From an uncultured Thermoplasmatales archaeon (GTDB lineage Archaea; Thermoplasmatota; E2; DHVEG-1), in assembly GCA_964592335.1 (NCBI GenBank), contig CAZQEU010000001.1, forward strand, positions 1-63,166: a stretch of 63,166 nucleotides of DNA, in the 5' to 3' direction. The notes under the pieces were generated by a model. The model saw nothing but the letters and a program-made list of their open reading frames with translations. It was not told the origin of the DNA and ran no database searches. Of the stretch, positions 54,872-63,166 are shown piece by piece. The first letter of the stretch is position 1; each line of letters begins with the position of its first letter. The position numbers were made by a program, and so were the translations under genes.

Positions 54872-56380
54872 ATGTTTAAAAAAATTCTAATTTCAAATCG
54901 TGGGGAAATTGCTGTAAGAATAATAAAAGCCTGCCAAGAAATGGGGATTAAAACCGTTGCAATTTATTCAGATGTAGATAAAAAAGCACCACATGTTCAA
55001 CTTGCAGATGAAACTGTTTGTCTTGGTGATCCAACCCCAATAGAAAGTTACCTTAATATCCCAAAAATAATACAAATAGCAAAGGATGCGGGTGCTGAAG
55101 CGATACATCCTGGTTATGGTTTTCTTGCTGAAAACCCTGATTTTGCGAATTCATGTAATGATGTTAAAATCAAATTTATTGGTCCTTCCCCAAAAGTAAT
55201 AAGTTTAATGGGTGACAAGATTGCTGCTAAAAAAACAATGGAGAAAGCAGGTGTTCCTGTAATCCCTGGTTATCATGGCACCAAACAAGACAATAAATCT
55301 TTAATTGCTGAAGGTAAAAAAATTGGTTTTCCTCTGCTTGTAAAAGCAGCTGCTGGAGGTGGAGGAAAAGGAATGCGTATAGTTCACTCTGAGAATACAC
55401 TGGCTGAATCAATTGAAAGTGCAAAACGTGAATCTAAATCTGCATTTGGTGATGACACTGTTTTTCTTGAAAGATACATTGATAAACCACGTCATATAGA
55501 GTTTCAAATTCTTGCAGATGAACAGGGTAATGTGATTCATCTATTTGAGCGTGAATGCAGTGTACAGCGTCGTCATCAAAAAATAATTGAGGAAACACCA
55601 TCACCTTTGATGACTGAAAAACTGCGAAAAAAAATGGGAGAGTCGGCAGTTACTGCTGCAAAAACTGTTGGATACACAAACGCTGGGACAGTTGAGTTCA
55701 TGGTTGATGGTAAGCAAAATTTTTATTTTATGGAGATGAACACAAGGTTACAGGTCGAACATCCCATAACTGAGATGGTTACAGGTGTTGACCTTGCAAA
55801 ATGGCAAATCAAAATAGCAGGTGGAGAAAAACTTACTATAAATCAAAAAGATTTAACCCAGAGAGGCCATGCGATAGAATGCCGTATCTATGCAGAGGAT
55901 CCTGCAAATGGTTTTTTACCAAGTATTGGAAAACTTGAGAGGGTAGAGGCACCAGCTGGGCCAAACATAAGAGACGACAGCGGGATTTATACCGGTATGA
56001 AAGTAACATCATATTATGATCCTATGCTCTCAAAAATAATTACTTATGATGAAAACAGAGATGAAAACATTAAAAAAATGATATGGGCACTATCCAGATA
56101 TGTAGTTTTAGGTGTAACCACCAATATTCCTTTCTTAAAAAAGGTTTTAGAACATTCGGAATTTAAAAAAGGAAACATTACAACACATTTTATTGATAAT
56201 TATTTCAAAGATTGGACTATTGCAAAAGATGGACTTCCAATTGATGCCATAATTGCTCTTGCTATTTTTGATTCTATGCATAAAAAATCACAGGACACTG
56301 TTCGGTATAAAGAAGTTGATCCACATAACCCATGGAAACATGTGGGACGATGGCGTTTAGGCAAAGAAGGGGGTAACTAA
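54872..56380 (+). CDS. Biotin carboxylase subunit of an acyl-CoA carboxylase (no BCCP domain)
   Basis: KILISNRGEIAVRIIKA, ATP-grasp LVKAAAGGGGKGMRIV, EMNTRLQVEHPITE. The ORF is 502 aa and ends before any AMKM motif. Confidence 0.9.
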   Translation: MFKKILISNRGEIAVRIIKACQEMGIKTVAIYSDVDKKAPHVQLADETVCLGDPTPIESYLNIPKIIQIAKDAGAEAIHPGYGFLAENPDFANSCNDVKIKFIGPSPKVISLMGDKIAAKKTMEKAGVPVIPGYHGTKQDNKSLIAEGKKIGFPLLVKAAAGGGGKGMRIVHSENTLAESIESAKRESKSAFGDDTVFLERYIDKPRHIEFQILADEQGNVIHLFERECSVQRRHQKIIEETPSPLMTEKLRKKMGESAVTAAKTVGYTNAGTVEFMVDGKQNFYFMEMNTRLQVEHPITEMVTGVDLAKWQIKIAGGEKLTINQKDLTQRGHAIECRIYAEDPANGFLPSIGKLERVEAPAGPNIRDDSGIYTGMKVTSYYDPMLSKIITYDENRDENIKKMIWALSRYVVLGVTTNIPFLKKVLEHSEFKKGNITTHFIDNYFKDWTIAKDGLPIDAIIALAIFDSMHKKSQDTVRYKEVDPHNPWKHVGRWRLGKEGGN

Positions 56381-56381
56381 T

Positions 56382-56867
56382 ATGTTTATCAACTATGAAC
56401 ATGAAAACCATGTGTATAATGTTACAACTGAAAAAAGAGATAATCATTTTTTCATAACATATGATAACACAGAATACAAGGCAGAAGCAGAAGAAATAAA
56501 ACCTGGTCAGTTGAAAATAAAAATAGGAGATAGAATAATAAAAGCAGTAATAACACAAGGTGAAAAAGAAAAATACGTGTTTGTAGAGGGAAATGTTTAC
56601 AAAGTAAATCATGTGGAGCTTACTGCTAAGAAAAAAACTCGTAAAAAAGAAGAGGGTAACCTAAACTCTCCTATATCAGGCAAGATTGTAAATGTAAAAG
56701 TCAAAAAAGGAGACAAGGTAAAAAAAGGAGAAGTTTTAATGGTAATTGAAGCCATGAAAATGGAATATCTAATTCGTGCTCCTTTTAAAGGAACAGTTAA
56801 AAGAGTTAATTTTAAAGAAAATGATCAGATAGAAATTGGAGAAGAAACTGTAGAAATTAAAAAATAA
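56382..56867 (+). CDS. Biotin carboxyl carrier protein (BT-like N-terminal part plus biotinyl domain)
   Basis: [19 protein letters not shown] contains the AMKM biotinylation motif. The gene starts 1 nt after the BC stop and has its own GGGGG SD. Confidence 0.85.
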   Translation: MFINYEHENHVYNVTTEKRDNHFFITYDNTEYKAEAEEIKPGQLKIKIGDRIIKAVITQGEKEKYVFVEGNVYKVNHVELTAKKKTRKKEEGNLNSPISGKIVNVKVKKGDKVKKGEVLMVIEAMKMEYLIRAPFKGTVKRVNFKENDQIEIGEETVEIKK

Positions 56868-56884
56868 TTGGAGGAATAGAATTT

Positions 56885-58492
56885 ATGGATGTAATTGAGA
56901 GCAATATTGATACTTCAGGTAAAGAATATAAAGAAAATTTCAAGCATTACGAGTTACTCGTAAAAGATTTAAAAAATAAGATTTCAAAGGCACAAGAAGG
57001 AGGTGGAGCAGAAAAAATAAAGCTTCATAAATCACGTAAAAAAATGCTTGCCCGTGAGCGTATCGATGCGTTAATTGATCCTGATACTCCTTTTATGGAA
57101 TTTAATACTCTTGCAGGTCATGGAATGTACAAGGATAGAGCACCATGTGCCGGGATTGTAACAGGTATTGGTGTTGTTCATGGTAGAGAAGTTGTAATAG
57201 TTGCAAATGATGCAACTGTCACAGGTGGTACATATTATCCAATGACCGTGAAAAAACACTTGCGTGCCCAGGAGATTGCTATGGAAAACAATCTCCCCTG
57301 TATTTATTTAGTTGACAGTGGTGGTGCGTTTTTACCAATGCAGGATGAGGTTTTTCCGGATAGAGAACATTTCGGCAGGATTTTTTATAACCAAGCAAAA
57401 ATGAGTTCAATGGGCATACCCCAAATTGCATCAGTCATGGGTAGTTGTACAGCAGGTGGAGCATATGTTCCTGCGATGAGTGATGAAACAGTTATTGTAA
57501 AAGGAACAGGCACCATTTTTCTGGGTGGACCACCATTAGTAAAAGCTGCTACTGGTGAAGAAGTAAGTGCTGAGGATCTCGGTGGTGCAGATGTTCATTG
57601 CCGTAAGAGTGGTGTATCTGATCATTATGCTCATGAGGATTCTGAGGCGATTCATATGACGAGAAGTATTGTTGAAAACTTAAATCGTCCTGAAAAAACC
57701 AATTTAGATGTCTGCAAACCCGAGGAACCTGCTTATGATATAAAAGAACTGTATGGTATTATTCCAAAGGACTCCAGAAAACCATTTGATGTACATGAAA
57801 TAATAGCACGTGTTGTTGATGGCTCTAAATTCCATGAATTCAAGGCATTATATGGAACTACTATTGTTTGTGGTTTTGCAAGAATTATGGGTTATCCTGT
57901 GGGAATACTTGCAAATAATGGCGTATTGTTCTCTGAATCTGCGCTGAAAGGTACGCATTTTATAGAGATGTGTTGCCAGCGTAAGATACCTCTTGTGTTT
58001 CTGCAGAATATTACTGGTTTTATGGTAGGTAGCAAATATGAATCAGGAGGAATTGCAAAAGATGGAGCAAAAATGGTTTCTGCTGTTGCTACTGCAAATG
58101 TTCCTAAGTTTACAGTGATTATCGCAGGTAGTTTTGGAGCGGGAAACTATGGTATGTGCGGTCGAGCATATGAGCCTCGTCAGCTTTGGATGTGGCCTAA
58201 TGCCCGTATTAGTGTTATGGGTGGAGAACAAGCAGCAAATGTTCTTCTGACTGTTAAAAAGGATCAGATGTGGCGTAAGGGAAAAGAACTTACTAAAGAA
58301 GAGGAAAAATCAATTACTGAGCCTATTCTCAAAAAATATGAAGATGAAGGTAGTCCCTATTACAGTACTGCCCGTATTTGGGATGATGGAGTAATAGATC
58401 CTGCAGATACACGACTTGTTTTAGGTCTAGGTATTAGTGCATCTTTGAATGCTCCGATTCCTGATTGGAAACCTGGCGTTTTTAGAATGTAA
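56885..58492 (+). CDS. Acyl-CoA carboxylase carboxyltransferase subunit, methylcrotonyl-CoA carboxylase beta-like
   Basis: [61 protein letters not shown] and SWGAGNYGM-type [13 protein letters not shown]. The ORF is 535 aa. Confidence 0.88.
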   Translation: MDVIESNIDTSGKEYKENFKHYELLVKDLKNKISKAQEGGGAEKIKLHKSRKKMLARERIDALIDPDTPFMEFNTLAGHGMYKDRAPCAGIVTGIGVVHGREVVIVANDATVTGGTYYPMTVKKHLRAQEIAMENNLPCIYLVDSGGAFLPMQDEVFPDREHFGRIFYNQAKMSSMGIPQIASVMGSCTAGGAYVPAMSDETVIVKGTGTIFLGGPPLVKAATGEEVSAEDLGGADVHCRKSGVSDHYAHEDSEAIHMTRSIVENLNRPEKTNLDVCKPEEPAYDIKELYGIIPKDSRKPFDVHEIIARVVDGSKFHEFKALYGTTIVCGFARIMGYPVGILANNGVLFSESALKGTHFIEMCCQRKIPLVFLQNITGFMVGSKYESGGIAKDGAKMVSAVATANVPKFTVIIAGSFGAGNYGMCGRAYEPRQLWMWPNARISVMGGEQAANVLLTVKKDQMWRKGKELTKEEEKSITEPILKKYEDEGSPYYSTARIWDDGVIDPADTRLVLGLGISASLNAPIPDWKPGVFRM

Positions 58493-58499
58493 AAAAAAT

Positions 58500-59150
58500 C
58501 TATTCGATCAGTCTTTGCAGTGCTTTGTAACCTGAGACAGCATTGTCTTCACTTACAACAAAGATCATTTCTAAATCTATGGATAGTATCTCTTTTATGT
58601 TTATGCTTTCCCATGCAAAGTTTCTAACTATCTGAAATAGGACTCCCGGTGTTTTTACTAGTTTTTTGTCTATTGAAAAAAAGAGTGCTACTAAATTTTC
58701 TTGTATTTCTACTATTTTTTCGAATTGTAAGAATCTGCATATCTGATTTTTGTATCTTTCGTTTGTAACAATACTTACAGTATTTCTACCATATATTATG
58801 TGTAGTATATCTCCTTGTCCAAAATTTATCACATCATATATTTTTTTGAGTTTATCAAAAAGACAGGGTGTTTTTTGAACTGTTATATCTATTATATTTG
58901 TTTTTAGGTTTACTTCTGATTTACCTGAATCAAATGTTATATCCTTAAATTTTTTATTTAGTTTTTCTGCATATCTTCTAAGAGCAGCTACTATTGCATA
59001 ATGTGCTACATCTTTTTTTAATTCTTTTTCTATTTCAGGTTTTATTCTTTTTGCTATACTTCCATAAGACGCGATTCCTTTACCTATAGCTTCTTGCAGA
59101 TAGATTTTTTCATCCACCAGCTTATGAACCAAATGGCTAATCGTTACCAT
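58500..59150 (-). CDS. Hypothetical protein (possible ACT-like regulatory fold; family not recognised)
   Basis: 216-aa ORF convergent with the carboxylase operon. No diagnostic motif. Confidence 0.45.
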   Translation of the reverse strand: MVTISHLVHKLVDEKIYLQEAIGKGIASYGSIAKRIKPEIEKELKKDVAHYAIVAALRRYAEKLNKKFKDITFDSGKSEVNLKTNIIDITVQKTPCLFDKLKKIYDVINFGQGDILHIIYGRNTVSIVTNERYKNQICRFLQFEKIVEIQENLVALFFSIDKKLVKTPGVLFQIVRNFAWESINIKEILSIDLEMIFVVSEDNAVSGYKALQRLIE

Positions 59151-59318
59151 TTTATATCATCAACATATTATTTTATTTCTCAAATTATATAAAACTTATT
59201 GTCTAAATTCTAACCAAAAGGCTTCAAAAATGTTACATTTTATAACAAAACGGTTTTTTTGGTATTATTTAGATAAATATTTGTAAAAAAAGAAAAAAAT
59301 AATAAAAAAATGATATTT

Positions 59319-60944
59319 TTATTTTTTTCTAAGCTCTCTTCGTATTATTTTCCCAGATATTGTCTTTGGAAGCTCCTCGGTATATTCAACTATCCTTGGA
59401 TATTTATATGGAGCTGTTGTCTTTTTAACATGTTCTTGGAGCTCTTTTGTAAGTGTATCAGATGGTTTGTATCCTTTAGCAAGAACAATAAAGGCTTTTA
59501 CTACAACACCTCTGACTCCTTTAGGATCTTCTGCACCAACAACAGCACATTCTGCTACTGCATCATGTTCCATAAGTGAGCTTTCTACTTCAAAAGGCCC
59601 GATTCTGTATCCTGAGCTTTTTATAACATCATCATCTCTTCCTACAAACCAGAAATAACCCTCCTCATCTTTGTATCCTCTATCTCCAGTGTAGTAGTAA
59701 TCATTTCTAAATGACCTCTTCATTATATCTTCGTCTTTCCAATATTCTTTGAAAAGACCAGGTGGTCGCTCATCTCCAATATATATTGCTATGTTTCCTT
59801 CCTCTCCAGCAGGCATTTCTTTTCCGTTGTCATCTACGATTCTGACATCATGGCCTGGTGTTGGTTTTCCAACTGATCCATATTTAATTGGCATAAATGG
59901 ATAGTTAGAAAGCACACATACTGTCTCGGTTTGCCCAAAGAAATCATAAATTTCAAGACCAAAAGTATCCTTCCAAACACGAATTACTTCAGGGTTAAGT
60001 GGTTCTCCGGCACTCATTGAATGACGAAGTTTTAGATTGTATTTCTTCAAATCCATCTGTATAAGAAGTCTATAAACTGTAGGTGGGGCACAAAAAGATG
60101 TAACTCCATATCTCTCCATTGCACTTAGCAATCCATCTGCATCAAAGCGTCCAGGTGTTTCCCATTGAATAACAGCAGCTCCTACTATCATCTGACCAAA
60201 TAGTTTTCCCCATGCAGCTTTTGCCCAACCTGTTTCAGATACTGTCCAGTGAAGATCCTTACCAGTAAGAGCTTGAGCAAACCTTGCGGTTACTTCATGG
60301 CCAAGTGGATAACTATGGGTATGAAGCACCATTTTTGGATGACCTGTAGTACCTGATGTAAAATAAATAAGCATTGGATCAGTTGATTTAGTCTTTCCAA
60401 CTTCTTTTTGAGACAGATCTCTTGGTGCCTCACTCATCTCTTCATCATAATTGAACCATCCTGCTCTTTTACCATCAACTAGCATCATGTGTTTGAGGGT
60501 AGAACATTTTGCTTTGACTGATTCAACAATATCTGCATGATCCATATCTGTTATGACCATATTTGCTTCTGCTCTGTTAATCCGGTATTCAACATCTTTT
60601 GCTGTTAGAAGAACAGTACCCGGCATTGGTATAACACCTATCTTAAACATACCAATTAGTGCTATATACCATTCAGGAATACTCTGAAGTATCACTAGAA
60701 CTCTGTCTCCTTTTTTGACACCAATTTTTCTAAGTGCATTTGCAAATTTATTAGATGCCATGCTTAAATCATGAAATGTATGATATCTATCATGTTTACC
60801 CGTCCTATCTATTGAAATTAAAGCAAGTTTTGTTCTATCTTCAGCCCATTTGTCTACTACGTCAAAACCAAAGTTGTAATGCTTTGGTATTTCCCATTCA
60901 AATTCTTTGTATAATTTTTCATATGTATCTGTATTTTTTGGCAT
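59319..60944 (-). CDS. AMP-forming acyl-CoA synthetase (medium-chain/ACSM-like)
   Basis: IYFTSGTTGHPKMVLHTH (AMP-binding motif), YYYTGDRGYKDEEGYFWFVGRDDDVIKSSGYRIGPFEVE and PKTISGKIIRRELR. Confidence 0.9.
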   Translation of the reverse strand: MPKNTDTYEKLYKEFEWEIPKHYNFGFDVVDKWAEDRTKLALISIDRTGKHDRYHTFHDLSMASNKFANALRKIGVKKGDRVLVILQSIPEWYIALIGMFKIGVIPMPGTVLLTAKDVEYRINRAEANMVITDMDHADIVESVKAKCSTLKHMMLVDGKRAGWFNYDEEMSEAPRDLSQKEVGKTKSTDPMLIYFTSGTTGHPKMVLHTHSYPLGHEVTARFAQALTGKDLHWTVSETGWAKAAWGKLFGQMIVGAAVIQWETPGRFDADGLLSAMERYGVTSFCAPPTVYRLLIQMDLKKYNLKLRHSMSAGEPLNPEVIRVWKDTFGLEIYDFFGQTETVCVLSNYPFMPIKYGSVGKPTPGHDVRIVDDNGKEMPAGEEGNIAIYIGDERPPGLFKEYWKDEDIMKRSFRNDYYYTGDRGYKDEEGYFWFVGRDDDVIKSSGYRIGPFEVESSLMEHDAVAECAVVGAEDPKGVRGVVVKAFIVLAKGYKPSDTLTKELQEHVKKTTAPYKYPRIVEYTEELPKTISGKIIRRELRKK

Positions 60945-60971
60945 AAATTTTTTTTCCTCCCAAAATTTTTT

Positions 60972-62111
60972 TTATAAACCTAGTTGTCTGGCAATAACCA
61001 TCCTTTGAACTTCAGATGTACCTTCACCAATCTCACATAGTTTAATATCTCTGTAATATCTTTCTAAAGGATAGTCTTTTGTATAACCATATCCACCAAG
61101 AACTTGCATTCCTTTGACAGTTGCTCTCATTGCCATTTCAGATGCGAAAAGTTTTGCCATCGAGGCTTCTTTTGTAAAACGTATTTTTTTATCTTCCATA
61201 TCTGCGGCACGAAATACTAGTAGTCTTGCAGCATCAATCTCTGTTGCCATATCAGCAAGCATCCACTGTATGGCCTGAAACTTACCTATTGGCCTTCCAA
61301 ATTGTTGACGTTGTTTTGCATAATCAAGTGCGTCTTCAAATGAACCACGAGCTATACCAACACTCATAGCGCCAATTGCAGTTCTGCCACGGTCAAGGAT
61401 ATCCATAGCTCCAATAAAACCAAAATCCTTTTTACCAAGTAAATTCTCTTTTGGAACTCGGCAGTCCTCAAAAATAAGCTCAGCAGTATGACTTCCCCGT
61501 AGGCCTAGTTTATCTTCTAGTTGTCCTACTTTAAAACCAGGTGTGTCTTTTTCAACTACAATTGCACTTATTCCTTTAGCTCCTTTTGATTTATCAGTCA
61601 TAGCCATAACTGTTGTAATATCTGCGATATCACCTGTTGTTATGAATTGTTTTGTACCATTTATTACCCATTCATCTTTTTCTAAAACTGCTGTGGTTTG
61701 ACCCGATGCTGCATCTGATCCAGCATTTGGCTCTGTAAGAGCCCATGCAGCATATGAATTTCCACTGCATAGTTTTGGTAGGTATTTTTTACGTTGTTCA
61801 TCTGTTCCATGTTCATATATATGTCCTATTCCTAAGCTATTGTGTGCTTCAACTGTAATTCCAGTGGAACCGCAATAACGGCTTATCTCTTCAAGTGCTA
61901 TCATATAACTTACTCTATCGATTCCTGCACCACCATATTTTTGAGGTACAGTCATCCCCATAAGACCCATTTTTCCCATTTTTTTGTAAAGTTCTTTTGG
62001 AAAATATTCTTCTTTATCAAGTTTTTCTGAAATTGGTTTTATTTCTCTTTCACAAAACTCTCTTATTGTTTTTTTGAATAATTTTTGTTCTTCTGAAAGA
62101 CTGAAATCCAA
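60972..62111 (-). CDS. Acyl-CoA dehydrogenase (short/branched-chain type)
   Basis: ALTEPNAGSDA, GGYGYTKDYPLERYYRD and EIGEGTSEVQRMVIARQL. A Glu is present at the SCAD/MCAD catalytic-base position, so this does not show the classic IVD pattern (IGAGTSE). Confidence 0.9.
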   Translation of the reverse strand: MDFSLSEEQKLFKKTIREFCEREIKPISEKLDKEEYFPKELYKKMGKMGLMGMTVPQKYGGAGIDRVSYMIALEEISRYCGSTGITVEAHNSLGIGHIYEHGTDEQRKKYLPKLCSGNSYAAWALTEPNAGSDAASGQTTAVLEKDEWVINGTKQFITTGDIADITTVMAMTDKSKGAKGISAIVVEKDTPGFKVGQLEDKLGLRGSHTAELIFEDCRVPKENLLGKKDFGFIGAMDILDRGRTAIGAMSVGIARGSFEDALDYAKQRQQFGRPIGKFQAIQWMLADMATEIDAARLLVFRAADMEDKKIRFTKEASMAKLFASEMAMRATVKGMQVLGGYGYTKDYPLERYYRDIKLCEIGEGTSEVQRMVIARQLGL

Positions 62112-62196
62112 ATCAAATCACCACACCGGTGATATTGTAATCCTCTAAAAACCTTTGGTAATATTTTTCGCAGAATGTCGAAAAAAAAGTTGTGTT

Positions 62197-62820
62197 TTAC
62201 TTCAATATTTTACCAGTTTCCATGTACCATAAGTATAGGTCTAGCTCTGCAAGTGTAAGATTTATTTTTTCTGCTATTTTTTTAAGGATACTTTCTATTT
62301 CTAAGTATTTGTTTTTTGTCAGTGTTTTTGGTTTTTTTATTATATTGTATTTTACTAATAAATCTATTATATGAAAATCTATTATGGCATAGTCATCAAA
62401 ACCTATGTTTCTTAAAAAATGACTGGTTTCTTTGTAACCAAGACCTTTTACGTTATTTACTATCCATTCTCTTAGTGCCTTTTTGTCATGAAAACTTACG
62501 ATGTCATTTAGTTTGTCTTTACATGTTCTTGCTTTTTGTATATACTCTGCTCTTTTATTTGGAAATCTGTGACCATATTTTTTAAGTTGTTCTTGTATTT
62601 TTCTTTGATTGTTTGATAAAAAGCATTCCCCTGCTTCTTTTTGAATTTTTATAGATTTTTCTGCATTGAAATTTGCAGTTAGCAGGCAGAAACATAATTC
62701 GCTGAATAGTTCTTCATTTGATTCTTTGTTTATTTGTTTGAATTCTTTTATTCTTTGGTTTATCCTATCTTTTATATCTGTATTTTTTAATTCATCTATT
62801 TTGTTTATTAGTTCTTGCAT
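62197..62820 (-). CDS. ogg: N-glycosylase/DNA lyase (archaeal Ogg2-type 8-oxoguanine glycosylase)
   Basis: ELCFCLLTANFNAEKSIKIQ, HhH-GPD region VKGLGYKETSHFLRNIGFDDYAIIDFHI and LDLYLWYMETGKILK. Its 207-aa length equals that of Methanocaldococcus Ogg. Confidence 0.85.
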   Translation of the reverse strand: MQELINKIDELKNTDIKDRINQRIKEFKQINKESNEELFSELCFCLLTANFNAEKSIKIQKEAGECFLSNNQRKIQEQLKKYGHRFPNKRAEYIQKARTCKDKLNDIVSFHDKKALREWIVNNVKGLGYKETSHFLRNIGFDDYAIIDFHIIDLLVKYNIIKKPKTLTKNKYLEIESILKKIAEKINLTLAELDLYLWYMETGKILK

Positions 62821-62872
62821 TTTTGGTCATCTTTTTTTTATAAATGTCTCTTTAGTTATTTAAAAAGAGAGG

Positions 62873-62987
62873 TTAGGGGTGATTTTTTTGAGTGGAGTAA
62901 TATAAAAAAAGGTATTTGAGGAGAGGAGGAAAGGATGGGATTTTTTACTATATATGATGGATTCTCCACTAGTTTTTGCACCCCTAA
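62873..62987. other. Nested inverted repeats enclosing a polypurine tract (candidate structured RNA or regulatory element)
   Basis: TTAGGGGTG (62873-62881) pairs with CACCCCTAA (62979-62987). AGTGGAG (62891-62897) pairs with CTCCACT (62964-62970). The core is GAGGAGAGGAGGAAAGGATGGGA. Confidence 0.25.
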
Positions 62988-63166
62988 TACAGATTAATCG
63001 AAAATTTTTATTTTCACCTCTTTGTTACAAGTTTTTATATTACTTTTGTAACATAACACCCATTATTAACAATCGTTAATAAGTAACCTATATTTAAACT
63101 TTTTGGCAAATACAGTAGTTCCGAAAGTGCTCTAAAACAGGAGTAAAACCTCTATTGTCTGATACA

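Noticed and set aside
56274-56612. 112-aa minus-strand ORF spanning the BC/BCCP junction.
   Set aside because: It is hydrophobic and low-complexity and is antisense to two well-supported genes. It does not explain the gene split.
62873-62987. A tRNA, possibly intron-containing, suggested by the terminal 9-bp stem.
   Set aside because: There is no D-arm, no anticodon arm, no GTTC-type T-loop and no discriminator/CCA context on either strand, and the span is too AT-rich in its linkers. I kept it only as a generic structured element.
63097-63166. A GC-richer segment at the window edge. It could be the 3' end of a minus-strand ORF (...VSDNRGFTPVLEHFRNYCICQKV*). Alternatively it could be the first unit of a repeat array (GTTCCGAAAGTGCTCTAAAACAGGAGTAAAAC) following an AT-rich, hairpin-rich leader-like region.
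   Set aside because: Only about 70 nt are visible, there is a single copy, and there are no neighbouring cas genes. Neither reading can be supported without sequence beyond the window.

Overview
Visibly AT-rich archaeal chromosomal segment. The archaeal markers are topoisomerase VI A and B, unfused Kae1 and Bud32 (KEOPS), RpoL/Rpo11, exosome Csl4, TruD, an archaeal/eukaryal-type IleRS and an Ogg2-type glycosylase. Shine-Dalgarno-like GGAGG/GGGGG motifs precede many starts. I count about 50 protein genes. I could not support any rRNA, tRNA, CRISPR array, transposase or integrase. There are four themes. (1) Housekeeping strings: top6B-top6A; csl4-rpoL-truD-ileS; kae1-bud32-HAM1; glk-LOG-rpe. 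(2) A large load of giant secreted or surface proteins: a four-gene co-directional locus at 5.6-16.9 kb (papain-like peptidase, DUF2341/propeller protein, an orphan, an Ig-repeat protein), a 1725-aa subtilisin/beta-helix/PKD mosaic, two further beta-helix proteins and a membrane-anchored serpin. (3) A compact five-gene MoxR / DUF58 / DUF4129 membrane module. (4) A biotin-handling plus branched-chain acyl-CoA (leucine-type) catabolic supercluster: birA, a Na+/solute symporter, two crotonases, a split biotin carboxylase/BCCP, a carboxyltransferase, an acyl-CoA ligase and an acyl-CoA dehydrogenase. The most novel signal I see is a ~30-aa Leu/Ile-rich helix-Pro-helix module. It lies at the C-terminus of two adjacent, otherwise unrelated secreted proteins and inside a third. 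It does not match the known archaeal C-terminal sorting signals I am aware of. Other points are a perfect 151-bp intragenic repeat, unannotated tandem small paralogues, and several palindromes or structured intergenic elements. Lineage cannot be fixed from this window; the gene content fits an uncultivated protein-degrading sediment archaeon, but that is inference.
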